64,000 nucleotides of DNA from a virus. The notes beneath the pieces were generated by a model. It saw only the letters and a program-made list of their open reading frames with translations. It searched no databases and was not told where the DNA came from. Shown here in pieces: positions 28,636-37,990 of this stretch; position 1 is the first letter of the stretch; every line of letters starts with the position of its first letter. A program made the translations under genes and the position numbers. The stretch spans positions 23,741 through 87,740 of the IMG/VR virus record IMGVR_UViG_3300027722_000005; one strand, 5' to 3'.

Positions 28636-29162
28636 AAAAGCTGGTTCTCTTTATCTCGTTGCTGGTGCTGCTTCTGCCGGGCGTGGCACTCGCACAGGAA
28701 ACGGGCGCGACTCCGCCGCCGGCCGAAAGCCTGAGCATTTTCTTGCAGCTCATCCTGGAGTCCGTCGTGGCCCTGGTGCTGGTGCCGCTGGCCCTGGCGG
28801 GCGTCAAGTGGCTGCTGGCCAAGGCAATGCAGGCCAAGGCGTCGCTGCCTGCCGAGCTGGTCTACACGTTGGAACAAGTCGCCAAGATTGCCGTGGCCGC
28901 CGCGGAACAGTCGGGCCTGGCCGGGCACATCAAGGACACTGCCGAAGACAAGAAGCAGTTTGCGCTCGAATATGCCGAGAACCTCCTGAGGCAGCAATTT
29001 GGCCTGGTGCTCAACCTTGACAAGCTGGGCGCGATGTGGTGGGAAGGCGTGGTGGACGCTTTGGACGGCGCGATTGAGGCCGACGTGGGCGAACGGAACG
29101 CGGCCTTTTCGCCGGAGAAGCGCGGGATGGTCAGTGCCAACGACTTTAAGGCAGCCAAGTAG
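28632..29162 (+). CDS. Holin, LL-H-like
   Basis: TM segments then AKIAVAAAEQ...KKQFAL...AIEA. Confidence 0.7.
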   Translation: MKKLVLFISLLVLLLPGVALAQETGATPPPAESLSIFLQLILESVVALVLVPLALAGVKWLLAKAMQAKASLPAELVYTLEQVAKIAVAAAEQSGLAGHIKDTAEDKKQFALEYAENLLRQQFGLVLNLDKLGAMWWEGVVDALDGAIEADVGERNAAFSPEKRGMVSANDFKAAK

Positions 29163-29189
29163 CACCGGGCCACCACAGGAGCGTCAACG

Positions 29190-29591
29190 ATGCCCGACGA
29201 ACCACAGAGCAGGACATTCAATCGGACCGACGGCGTGGCACTCAAGGAGCACCTGGAGGGGCAAATCAGTGCCCTGCGCTGCTTTTATGATGCTCGTTTC
29301 GTGGGGCTGGAAAAGGCGATTGGCACCTCCGAGCGGCGCCTGGACGAACGCCTGGCCAGCATGAACGAGTTCCGCTCAGCCATGGGCGACCTGGGCGCCA
29401 GAATGGTGACACGGACCGAGATGGCCGTGCAACTGGAAAAGATCGCCGCCGCCGTGGATGACCTGAAGCAGTTCCGGGACAGGCTGGATGGCAAGGCGAG
29501 CCAGCAGAGCGTCACGATGGCGCAACTCATGGGCATGGCCGGCCTGCTGCTGGGCCTTGTTAGCCTGGTTGTCGGCATTGTGCTGCGATGA
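29190..29591 (+). CDS. Coiled-coil protein with C-terminal TM
   Basis: RLASMNEFR motif plus terminal hydrophobic helix. Confidence 0.65.
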   Translation: MPDEPQSRTFNRTDGVALKEHLEGQISALRCFYDARFVGLEKAIGTSERRLDERLASMNEFRSAMGDLGARMVTRTEMAVQLEKIAAAVDDLKQFRDRLDGKASQQSVTMAQLMGMAGLLLGLVSLVVGIVLR

Positions 29592-29685
29592 GTGACGGGC
29601 GCCGCATCCGGTCCCTGGAAGAAGAGCGCGACCGCCTGGCGACGCAAGTCAACCGCATCGATAACCGGCGGTCAAAAGCCTAGCA

Positions 29686-30558
29686 ATGGCACTTTTCAAA
29701 CGGAATACCCGCCGCGTGGTCCTGGCCCTGTCGGACACGCACGGCGGCAGCCGGATCGGGCTCCTGAACCCGGCGACGGTGCTGGAACGGGCTGACGACC
29801 TGGGCCGCGTGGAACGCTGGACGCCCGCGCTCGGCGCAACGCAACGCTGGCTGTGGGAGTGCTACCAGGCCATCCTGAGCGATGCGGCGGATCTGGCCGG
29901 CGACGATGAGATCGTAGCCGTTCACGACGGCGACATTACGAATGGTGACAGGTTTGGCGGGAACGTGCCGGACACGACGCTTGAGGATCAGCGGGTGATA
30001 GCCGAGCACAACATGCTGCCCGTCCTGGCCCTGCCGCAAGTGAAGCGGGCGCGGCTGGTGACGGGCACGGCGGTCCACGTCCCGAACTGTGCTGAGGCCC
30101 GCGTGGCCGCCCGGTTGGTGCTGCACACGGGCAAGGAAGTCGCCGCACTGCATCACGGCCGGGCTAACGTTGACGGCGTAGTGTTTGACCTGGCCCACCA
30201 CGGGCCGCACCCCGGCAGCCGCGATTGGCTGCGCGGGAATGTTGCTCTTTACTATCTCAAGAGCGCGGTCTACGAGGATAGGCGCATCGGCAAGGAGCCC
30301 GCCCGCGTTTACGTGCGCGGCCACTTTCACGAGTACGTGCCGGCCCGCTACGAGGAATATTGGAACGACGCGCGGGGCCTGTACGACTTGACGGTCATCC
30401 CGTCCTTTTGCGGCCTGAATGACCACGGCCGCAAGGCGACAAGGAGCGCGCCGGTTCTCACCGTGGGCATGGTCGCCTACGTTATCGAGGCCGGGCGACT
30501 GGCACGCATCGAGCCGTTCACGCGGCGGCTTGACCTGCGAATCGAGGAAACGCTATGA
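29686..30558 (+). CDS. Calcineurin-like metallophosphoesterase
   Basis: SDTH, GDITNG, GTAVH, AHHG, GHFH. Confidence 0.8.
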   Translation: MALFKRNTRRVVLALSDTHGGSRIGLLNPATVLERADDLGRVERWTPALGATQRWLWECYQAILSDAADLAGDDEIVAVHDGDITNGDRFGGNVPDTTLEDQRVIAEHNMLPVLALPQVKRARLVTGTAVHVPNCAEARVAARLVLHTGKEVAALHHGRANVDGVVFDLAHHGPHPGSRDWLRGNVALYYLKSAVYEDRRIGKEPARVYVRGHFHEYVPARYEEYWNDARGLYDLTVIPSFCGLNDHGRKATRSAPVLTVGMVAYVIEAGRLARIEPFTRRLDLRIEETL

Positions 30559-30788
30559 CCGACGCCGACCGGGCCGCCATCCTGGCCGAGATCGCCGCGC
30601 TGATTGGCGACGCTGACCGCGACAGTTTGCCGCAACCGAACTTTACTGTAGCGGATATGGCGGCGGAGCTTGGCGTGTCGCCGGACGTGGCGCTGAAACG
30701 ATTGAAGCGACTGGAGCAGTCCGGCGTGCTTGGAAGCCAGATGGTCATAGACGGTGGCCATCGGCGGCTTGTCTTTTGGAAGAAGTGA
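30555..30788 (+). CDS. Small winged-helix protein
   Basis: TVADMAAELGVS...LKRLEQSG. Confidence 0.7.
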   Translation: MTDADRAAILAEIAALIGDADRDSLPQPNFTVADMAAELGVSPDVALKRLKRLEQSGVLGSQMVIDGGHRRLVFWKK

Positions 30789-30798
30789 GGCTGGGGAG

Positions 30799-31011
30799 AT
30801 GGTACTAACGGAAGGCCAGGAAGTGACCCTGGAGTTAACCGTGTTCGGCATTACTACCACGGAGCCGCGAAAGGTGCTCACCGTGGACATGGCCGGCATT
30901 TGGCTCGACAACGGACCCGGGAATCGTCCTAGTGGACCGTACAACACCACGACCGGCCAATGGCGCGACAATGGCGTCATTGTCGGTTCCCGGCAACGTG
31001 TAATTCTGTAA
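30799..31011 (+). CDS. Hypothetical protein
   Basis: GGGGAG RBS. Confidence 0.55.
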   Translation: MVLTEGQEVTLELTVFGITTTEPRKVLTVDMAGIWLDNGPGNRPSGPYNTTTGQWRDNGVIVGSRQRVIL

Positions 31012-31092
31012 CTGTGATAGGCGGCTCGCCGCGGCGACTGTAGCCGGGCGGTATGCGGGTTGGGGGTGGGGAATGAAAAGTAAGGAGGCGAC

Positions 31093-32388
31093 TTGCCAGA
31101 ATCAATAATCGTCTATGACTGGCGCGGCAACGTGCGCGACCTGGACTATCTGCGCGGGCGCTACGGCAATTTCCAGATTCTCGAAGCGGCGGCGGGCAGT
31201 GGTCCCGTCTACCGGATCAGGCGCTTGCGCGAAAAGGCAGAGAACGACTTTGACCCGGCGGTGCTGGCCTCCAGGCGCTACACCCTGGAGGGCCAGGCGT
31301 GGGAAGCGCAGCGACTGAACGTGCCCGCGCTGGCACAGATCCACAGCGCCGCGTCAACTATGCGCGCCGGTGCCGTGACGATGGCCGCCGCTGCCCTTGT
31401 CGTGCGCGTGGCCGACGAACACGGCGCGGCCATAAACGGCCAGCGGGTCGCCTTCTACTGGCCCGACGCGCCCGTTGACCCGTATGCCGGACCCGCCGGC
31501 GGCTTGCTGCCCGGCATGGTTCCGGGGCGCTGCGTGTGGGGTGTGACAGAGCGCGGCGACGTGGGCTTTGGCATGGGCCGCGATTCCTACTTCTGGCCGG
31601 GCCAGGGGCAGATCGGCCCGCACGCCGTCTGGGTGTACGGCGACGATACCAGAAGCGACGTGATCCTGGGACTGGGCATGGTCGCGCTAACGGACCACGC
31701 GCATTTTGACGTGGAATACGAACGGGTTGAGGGCGGGGATGTACCGCCAGAGGAGGAGGGAGACTTGCCAGAATACTTTGACGAAAACGGGGCGGAAATG
31801 GCCGGGGCCTTGGTACGGGAGCATTACGGCATCCAGGACGTACACCGACCCGCTGAGTTGCCAAGGTTCGGGCTGGTAGAGCTGATGGCCCGATCCGGCG
31901 ATAGCAAGGCGCTGGCCGTTTTCGTTGACGACGAAGATGGCGCCCCCCTGCCGGGCGTGACCATCGCCCTTGGTCCGCGTGACCGGGCGGGCAACGTGCA
32001 GCGCGGCGTGACAGACGAAGACGGCGCGGTCACTTTCGACATTGGCGATGAGACATACCGCTACAACGTCCCATCGGAACAGGGCCATTGGTGCGTTGCC
32101 GTTGAGGGTCCGGCATCCGACGTTTACAATAGCGCCGGCTGGGTATGGACCGGCCGCAAGAGTCCGGGCAGGTGGTTCGATCTGGTCTTTCGCCGCAAGG
32201 TGAACGAAGACGTGCCCGAACCGCCGGGGCCAGAACCGCCCATCCCGCCGGTTGACCCTGAGTTGCCCGACGAAGCACGGGGCGTGGTCAACGCTGTCAT
32301 CGAGGCCATCGACACGGCCGTTACCCGACTGGAAGCCGAAATCGACAACCTGGAAGTCATGCGCAACACACTGGCGGCGCTGTTGTGA
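31093..32388 (+). CDS. Protein with two tandem prealbumin/carboxypeptidase-regulatory-like domains
   Basis: VADEHGAAING versus VDDEDGAPLPG; GVTERG versus GVTDEDG. Confidence 0.65.
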   Translation: MPESIIVYDWRGNVRDLDYLRGRYGNFQILEAAAGSGPVYRIRRLREKAENDFDPAVLASRRYTLEGQAWEAQRLNVPALAQIHSAASTMRAGAVTMAAAALVVRVADEHGAAINGQRVAFYWPDAPVDPYAGPAGGLLPGMVPGRCVWGVTERGDVGFGMGRDSYFWPGQGQIGPHAVWVYGDDTRSDVILGLGMVALTDHAHFDVEYERVEGGDVPPEEEGDLPEYFDENGAEMAGALVREHYGIQDVHRPAELPRFGLVELMARSGDSKALAVFVDDEDGAPLPGVTIALGPRDRAGNVQRGVTDEDGAVTFDIGDETYRYNVPSEQGHWCVAVEGPASDVYNSAGWVWTGRKSPGRWFDLVFRRKVNEDVPEPPGPEPPIPPVDPELPDEARGVVNAVIEAIDTAVTRLEAEIDNLEVMRNTLAALL

Positions 32389-34256
32389 GCCGAGCAGAAA
32401 AGCTGGCCGTCATAATCCTGATTGGGCTGTTCGTACTGGGCGAGGCCGTGGTCTTTGCCCTCGCTCAGAAGGGTTGGGCCACCGAGGCGCCCGCCGCCGA
32501 GCCGTTCACTGCGCAACTTGAATTGCGCGGGGAGCTGTGGCGGCTAGAGGGACAAGCGTATCTTGTGGGCAGCGTGACGCCCATCCCCACCGACACGCCC
32601 ATCCCTACTGACACACCGACCCCCACCGACACGCCCGAGCCCATTGCCGACCTGGACGTGGGCGCGCATGGCTGGGGCTTTGCCCTGGAGACGATGGCCG
32701 CGCATCCGCAAGGCAACGCACTGATCGCCGTGCCCATCCCCTTCCAGATGTTACAGGCCGGTTACACCTGGCCCGATCTCGTAGCCGCCGCGGGCTACGC
32801 CGGACCCGCCGAAAGCAAATTCGATGGCCTGGCAAAGACGGCGGCGGGGCAGGCGGGGCGCGGCGCAAACGCCCTGGTCTACGTGCCCGAAGCGGTGGAA
32901 ACGTCGGGCAGCGTGCCGTTGCCCGAGACTACCGACCTGGAAGCCTACGTTGACCGGCTGGCGGCTGTAGCGGCAGAGTACGGTTACATCCCCGTCTATG
33001 GGCCGGGCCTGTCGCTCGTGAGTGACCCGGCGACGTGGGCCTACGGCAAAGCCTACGACCTCCAGGCGGAGCGAATAGCGGATCTGGCGTCGCGCCTGCC
33101 CGCCGGTTCGTTCTGGATCTTGAGGATGTTCACGCCCGAGCTGATGTTCGGCCCGACTGCCGAGTTCGGGCAGGCCGTCGCCGATTATGCCGGGGCCATC
33201 CACGCCGGCAACCCGGGCGTCAAGATCATCCTGCACCTGTCCTGCCCGGCGGGGAGCGAGGCCAAATTCCTCTCCTTCCTGGACGTGAGCCGCGCCTTTA
33301 TCGACATGGCCTACATGGGCATCGACCCGGTGCGCGACAACGCGGGCACGCTATTGACCATGGCCGCCATCCTGGAGGCGACGGGCGCGGGGCCGATTGT
33401 CTCACCTACCGACACGCCCGAGCCGCCTACGCCAGCGCCTGCCGTGTTCTACGATCTGGCCTACGGCCCGGACCCGGCGCACCGGCTTGACCTCTACCTG
33501 CCCGGCGGCCCTGGCCCCTACCCCGTCGTGGCCTGGTTCCACGGCGGCGGCTTTGAGATCCCGGCCGACAAGAGCATGGTACACGAACAATGCCAACTGC
33601 TGGCCGACGCCGGTTTCGCCTGTGTCGCGGCCAACTACCGGCAGCACACGGACGGCGCGGCAGAGTTCTATCTGCCGGCGCAACTCTACGACGCCAAGGC
33701 CGTCATCCGCTGGATACGGGCCAACGCCGAAAGGTACGGCCTGGACGGGGAGCGCATCGGGGCCATCGGTGGATCGGCGGGCGCGTTCCTGTCGGCGACG
33801 CTGGGCACCTCGGGTGGCGAAGCAGAGGGCGACGTGGGGCCATACCTGGGTTACCCGTCGGATGTGCAAGTTTCTGTTGGCCTGGCGGGCGTCTATGACC
33901 TGCTGGCCTACTACGCCCGGCCTATCAAGGCGTGCGCTGCCCTGCCCATTGGCGACTCTCGCTGTTTCGAGAATGAGCTTTTTTACTGCTACTTCAACGA
34001 CCCGGCCTGCCTGGAGCGGATGCGCCTGTCGTCTGCGTTCCATCACGTCTCGCCTGGTGACGCGACAAGCCTGGTTGCCATCGGCACGCTGGACGCCACG
34101 CCGAACGGCCTTGCAGATCACGAAGCCTACCACGCTGCCTTGCTGGCGGCGGGTGTGGATTCGACGCTGCTCATCATGGACGGCTACGAGCACGCCGAGT
34201 TGTGGCCGGACATCGCGCCGGTCTTGCTCGCGTTCTTTGCGGAGCGCCTGCGATGA
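32385..34256 (+). CDS. Membrane-anchored or secreted protein with C-terminal HSL-family alpha/beta hydrolase
   Basis: N-terminal TM, PTDTP linkers, HGGG, GGSAG, Asp and His of the triad near the C-terminus. Confidence 0.85.
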   Translation: MSRAEKLAVIILIGLFVLGEAVVFALAQKGWATEAPAAEPFTAQLELRGELWRLEGQAYLVGSVTPIPTDTPIPTDTPTPTDTPEPIADLDVGAHGWGFALETMAAHPQGNALIAVPIPFQMLQAGYTWPDLVAAAGYAGPAESKFDGLAKTAAGQAGRGANALVYVPEAVETSGSVPLPETTDLEAYVDRLAAVAAEYGYIPVYGPGLSLVSDPATWAYGKAYDLQAERIADLASRLPAGSFWILRMFTPELMFGPTAEFGQAVADYAGAIHAGNPGVKIILHLSCPAGSEAKFLSFLDVSRAFIDMAYMGIDPVRDNAGTLLTMAAILEATGAGPIVSPTDTPEPPTPAPAVFYDLAYGPDPAHRLDLYLPGGPGPYPVVAWFHGGGFEIPADKSMVHEQCQLLADAGFACVAANYRQHTDGAAEFYLPAQLYDAKAVIRWIRANAERYGLDGERIGAIGGSAGAFLSATLGTSGGEAEGDVGPYLGYPSDVQVSVGLAGVYDLLAYYARPIKACAALPIGDSRCFENELFYCYFNDPACLERMRLSSAFHHVSPGDATSLVAIGTLDATPNGLADHEAYHAALLAAGVDSTLLIMDGYEHAELWPDIAPVLLAFFAERLR

Positions 34257-34359
34257 CGGCGCACTCTAACGGGGATACCCGCTGCGCTGGGGGCGGCGGT
34301 TATTCTACTCTCCTCCTCATGGGCCGGGGCAGCCCTCTCTGTCCCGGCCCCAGGGGTGG

Positions 34360-34581
34360 GTGATGAGCCGCACGCATAAGGACAGGCTGCCGGCCGGGAT
34401 TTGCGCCATTCTCGTTGGTGGACAGGATGGTGCCTATATCCCGCGTTGGAGTTGTCCGGGCGAAGGGCGTTATTGGAAGCGCCGCTACCACAAGGCCATG
34501 CGCCAGTGGCAGCGGGGGCATGGCGGGAGAGAGCACGCCGTCCTGCATTATGGACGGGAGTGCAATTGGAAGTTGACGTAA
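34360..34581 (+). CDS. Small basic hypothetical protein
   Basis: MSRTHKD...WKRRYHKAMR. Confidence 0.5.
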   Translation: MMSRTHKDRLPAGICAILVGGQDGAYIPRWSCPGEGRYWKRRYHKAMRQWQRGHGGREHAVLHYGRECNWKLT

Positions 34582-34595
34582 TGAAAGGGGAAAAC

Positions 34596-34814
34596 GTGGA
34601 CAAATTCGATTGGGATCAGGCCAACGAGATAGTTGACCTGGACTTGGACGGGAAAATCAAGATGCTGGGCGCGGTTGCGCGCGAGCTTTTGGGCATGAAG
34701 GTTGAGCTTGCCGCCGTCAGTGGACGGCACGCCGAGTTGAAGGCCAACCTTGCCGTTCTGTCGGCGGTTAAATCGGCGCTGCAATCGTCTATCCGCGCCG
34801 AGCAAGCCCATTAG
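34596..34814 (+). CDS. Small coiled-coil protein
   Basis: GAAAGGGG RBS, GTG start. Confidence 0.55.
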   Translation: MDKFDWDQANEIVDLDLDGKIKMLGAVARELLGMKVELAAVSGRHAELKANLAVLSAVKSALQSSIRAEQAH

Positions 34815-34844
34815 CCTACCGGGGTAGGGTATCCGGCGGGAAAC

Positions 34845-34886
34845 AAAAAAAGGCCCGGCGCCGGCGGGATGCCGGACACCGGGCCT
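34845..34886 (-). terminator. Intrinsic terminator ending the leftward cluster
   Basis: AGGCCCGG/CCGGGCCT stem with A7 on the plus strand. Confidence 0.75.
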
Positions 34887-34921
34887 ACACCTTAACAAGA
34901 TCCTCAACGGAGATCGGATCG

Positions 34922-35590
34922 TCATAACTGAGCGTACCGCTGTTGATCGCGGTATCGCTCAAGTTCCACATGCGGAATCACCAGGTCGCGGCCTGGTCCG
35001 AACACGGCCTTAACAGCCGTGGGGGAAAGACCCAGCCAAGCCGCGGCCTGTTCTGCCGTGTACTGCGGCAGGCGAACGTGAATCTGCGCGTGGATTGTCA
35101 GACGCACGAGCGCGCGCCGGTCCAATGACGCTTCTGGCACCTGCTTGCCCGCGTCCTGAAACAGCCTTGCCAGCCGCTCTTGCTGCCGTGGTTGGTCCCG
35201 TTCCCGCATCCAGGCCAGCAGATGGCGCTCGCGGTTGTAGCGGACAAGCTCGGCGTGGGCGAAGATCAGGTCGTGCCCCGGCTTGGTGGCCGCGATTAGC
35301 CCGCCATCGTAGGCGTAGCGCAGCCCACTGACTGACAAGCCGAGCCATGCCGCCGCCTGCCGCCGGTTGTACGACGGGAGATGCACGCACTGCTGCACCA
35401 GTTCTGTCAGGCGCACGATCTCGCGCTTGTCCAGCAGCAGCTTGGCGGCCCCGTCGGCGAGATCCGCCATCTCAATTTGTTCGTCGGCGGTCAACGCAAT
35501 GTAGTGGATGCCATTGGCGCCCGCCGCATACTTGATGAGCAGCGCCAGCTCGCGCTGCTGATTCTGCAAGTCCCTTACGAGCATATGCAC
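34922..35590 (-). CDS. Tandem HTH_17 (excisionase-like) domain protein
   Basis: Two repeats: YNRRQAAAWLGLS...PGHDLIF and YTAEQAAAWLGLS...PGRDLVI. Confidence 0.75.
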   Translation of the reverse strand: MHMLVRDLQNQQRELALLIKYAAGANGIHYIALTADEQIEMADLADGAAKLLLDKREIVRLTELVQQCVHLPSYNRRQAAAWLGLSVSGLRYAYDGGLIAATKPGHDLIFAHAELVRYNRERHLLAWMRERDQPRQQERLARLFQDAGKQVPEASLDRRALVRLTIHAQIHVRLPQYTAEQAAAWLGLSPTAVKAVFGPGRDLVIPHVELERYRDQQRYAQL

Positions 35591-35593
35591 CCC

Positions 35594-35761
35594 CTACCAG
35601 GAACGACGGCGACGGCGACCACTGCGCCGACGCAGCCGATAACTTGCGCAGCCGGTTGAGAAGTCGCCGGCCTTGAAGCCGGTGAACGTGCTTGACTTGA
35701 AGCCGGTCCTGGGCATGATGCTGCCTATGCCCAAGAGTTTGCCGAGTTTGAACTTTGCCAT
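35594..35761 (-). CDS. Small very basic protein with Arg-rich tail
   Basis: MAKFKLGK...RLRRRSGRRRRRSW, 55 aa, translated by hand. Confidence 0.55.
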   Translation of the reverse strand: MAKFKLGKLLGIGSIMPRTGFKSSTFTGFKAGDFSTGCASYRLRRRSGRRRRRSW

Positions 35762-35765
35762 TATG

Positions 35766-36068
35766 TTATCTTCCTTTCGTTTTGTCGGGTGCCCGCTGAT
35801 TGATAAATGCCCTTACGCCGATACTGCTCGCAAGCATCCCCCTAACCGTTGGGGAGTGCCTGTCGTAATGCGGACTTTCCTCGATCTCGATTGCCCCTTG
35901 CGCTTCAAGGGCTCGGTGGTGTCCATCAAGGATAAAATACCTATTCCTACCGAGTGGGGCTACAAGAATGGGGGCGTGCGCGCGCGACGTTCTGCCCGCG
36001 TCAATATCGTTCTGTGTCTCTTCCAGCTTGCAGATTTGTGCAACCAACTGGTTCTTATAGGCCCACAT
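35766..36068 (-). CDS. ParB/Srx-like N-terminal domain protein
   Basis: PILV...YFILDGHHRA; GAAAGGAG RBS. Confidence 0.7.
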   Translation of the reverse strand: MWAYKNQLVAQICKLEETQNDIDAGRTSRAHAPILVAPLGRNRYFILDGHHRALEAQGAIEIEESPHYDRHSPTVRGMLASSIGVRAFINQRAPDKTKGR

Positions 36069-36096
36069 AGTTCTCCTTTCCGCCGGTCTTACCCGG

Positions 36097-37071
36097 CTAC
36101 AGCTCCACGCCGGCCAGGGCTTGGCGCAGATCGTCGTCGTCCAAGTGGACATAGAACGCGGCGGTTGTCGCCGCCGACTCGTGGCGCAAGATGCGCTGCG
36201 TCGTGGCCAGGTCGTGCGTTTCCTTCTGGATCAGCGTCGCGCCGCGGTGGCGCATCGAGTGCGGGTTAAAGCGGTCAACGCCGGCCGCATCGCAGACACG
36301 GTACAGCCCCAGGCGCAGGCCGTTCGCGGACACCGGCAGCAAGCGGTTGCCCGTTGGCTTGTCGTGCCGCGCAAAAAGCGGCTCGTCGCCGTCCGCGCGC
36401 AGCAATGCCGCATCCCTGGCGGACAGATAGGCGACAATGGCGGCGATTGCGCGGTCGTCGAAAAAGATTGTGCCAACCTTGCGGCCCTTGCCGGTCACCT
36501 GCGCGCACCTTGCGCCAATGTCCAGGTCATTGCGCTTGAGCGCCGCAACTTCGCCGATTCTTGCGCAAGTTGCGCGCAGGGTTTGCAGCAGCGCCGCATT
36601 CCTCAGCGCAACCAGGCGCAAGCGTTGCGACTCTTGCGCGTCACCTTGCGCAGCTTGCGCGCAAGTGAGCGCAGCTTGCACGTCCGCTTCGTCAGGTAGG
36701 CGCAACTTTTGCGATTGGCTTGCGGAGCGCCAGTCCTCTTGCAGCCCTGCCTCCAACTCTGTCAGGTCGGTTGGCGCAAAGCCCGCAGCTTTTGCGCGCA
36801 AGAGCCAGCGGTAGAACTTGACAGTGGCGGTCAGGTAGACATTGACCGTGGCGCTTGCGTGCCTGTCCGCAATGTTGCGCGCAAAGTCAATAACGTGCGC
36901 GCAAGTGAGCGCAGTTGCGTCAGTCGTTGCGGGGTCTTGCGCAAGTTGCGCCGCAAAGCCCGCCAGTGCCGACGCATACGTGCGCGCAGTCTTGGGACTC
37001 TTGCGGCCATTGCGCCCGCGTTGGCGGGGCAGGTCCGCAACAAACGCATTGATTGCGTCAGTGATGGTCAT
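36097..37071 (-). CDS. Tyrosine recombinase (XerC/D-like)
   Basis: SPKTARTY, TCARIGE (R), GKGRK (K), HSMRH, LRH, FYVH (Y). Confidence 0.92.
   Translation of the reverse strand: MTITDAINAFVADLPRQRGRNGRKSPKTARTYASALAGFAAQLAQDPATTDATALTCAHVIDFARNIADRHASATVNVYLTATVKFYRWLLRAKAAGFAPTDLTELEAGLQEDWRSASQSQKLRLPDEADVQAALTCAQAAQGDAQESQRLRLVALRNAALLQTLRATCARIGEVAALKRNDLDIGARCAQVTGKGRKVGTIFFDDRAIAAIVAYLSARDAALLRADGDEPLFARHDKPTGNRLLPVSANGLRLGLYRVCDAAGVDRFNPHSMRHRGATLIQKETHDLATTQRILRHESAATTAAFYVHLDDDDLRQALAGVEL
36440..37060. repeat. Dense array of TTGCG/CGCAA motifs inside the recombinase gene
   Basis: About 36 copies by hand count, including TTGCGCAA and TTGCGCGCAA palindromes. Confidence 0.9.
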
Positions 37072-37259
37072 GCGGCAGTCTCCTTCCGCATTCCCGGTGG
37101 CATGGCGACAAACAGCCGCTTCGGCCGCGGGAACGCATAGCTCCACGTCTTGAACAGCACGCCCCGTTTGGCGGCGCCTTCGAGCTGCCGCCGTTCTTGC
37201 GGCGTTATCTGTCCGATGTCCGTCACGCCACAGTCAAGGGCGCGCTGTACGATGGTCAT
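37068..37259 (-). CDS. Hypothetical protein
   Basis: AAGGAG RBS; ATGA overlap with recombinase. Confidence 0.65.
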   Translation of the reverse strand: MTIVQRALDCGVTDIGQITPQERRQLEGAAKRGVLFKTWSYAFPRPKRLFVAMPPGMRKETAA

Positions 37260-37307
37260 GGCTTCTCCTTGCCCGCCGGTGCGGTCCCGGCGGGCGTGGG
37301 TGCTAGG

Positions 37308-37631
37308 TCAGTTGATGGGGACGCCCCGCTCTGCCGCCAGGGTGCGGACCAGCTCCTCGGCCTCCTTGAACGTAAGGCCCAGCACTTCCGGTTCGCCCTC
37401 GGGCTGCCAGAAGTCGCAAGAGCAGAATTCCTGCATCAAGGCCCCCCCAGACGCATCGGGCCAAAGCTCCTGCCAGAAGTTGTATTCTCCGCCATTGCGG
37501 GCGCGGCTGGGGTCACGGGAAATTCGGGTTTCGATCACGATCTTCTTGTCGCTTAACTCCACGCGGGCATCGAATCCATCTGCCCGCTCGTCCTTGGCCA
37601 CCAGGATAGCATTCTCAATCCGTCTGTACAT
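37308..37631 (-). CDS. Hypothetical protein
   Basis: GAAGGAG RBS; MYRRIENAILV... Confidence 0.65.
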   Translation of the reverse strand: MYRRIENAILVAKDERADGFDARVELSDKKIVIETRISRDPSRARNGGEYNFWQELWPDASGGALMQEFCSCDFWQPEGEPEVLGLTFKEAEELVRTLAAERGVPIN

Positions 37632-37644
37632 CTTCCTTCTCCTT

Positions 37645-37785
37645 CTGCCCGTCCTACCGGGCCGTGTGCCGACTCTCGCCGGCTCGTTTCCGTTCCCAGC
37701 CCTGGCCGCTGGCCGCCGGCTTTGGCCGATATAGCCACCGGTGATCTCGGTCAACGGCCAGGGGTGGGGGCGGAAAGCCCCCTAT
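37645..37785 (-). ncRNA. Intergenic multi-stem structured RNA
   Basis: Long stem CCCTGGCCGTTG/CAGCGGCCAGGG with nested and flanking hairpins. Confidence 0.45.
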
Positions 37786-37792
37786 TCGGTTG

Positions 37793-37990
37793 TTACGCGC
37801 GGATTGCCTCGCGCCCGCCTTCGGCCTTGCGGATCGCGTATCCCGTGATATGGTCGGGGCAGCGGATGACCATGATGCCGTTGAACTGGTCCTCGCCGCT
37901 CTTTGACTTGGCAATCAGCCAGCCGTGCAGGTGCTGTTCGTCGGCCGTCCTGCCACACTTGCCGCACACGTACAGTTGCTTGCTAAACAT
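37793..37990 (-). CDS. Small zinc-finger protein
   Basis: CGKC...CPDH; GAAAGGGG RBS. Confidence 0.65.
   Translation of the reverse strand: MFSKQLYVCGKCGRTADEQHLHGWLIAKSKSGEDQFNGIMVIRCPDHITGYAIRKAEGGREAIRA

Noticed and set aside
32576-32640. Tandem nucleotide repeat
   Set aside because: Explained by the PTDTP protein linker
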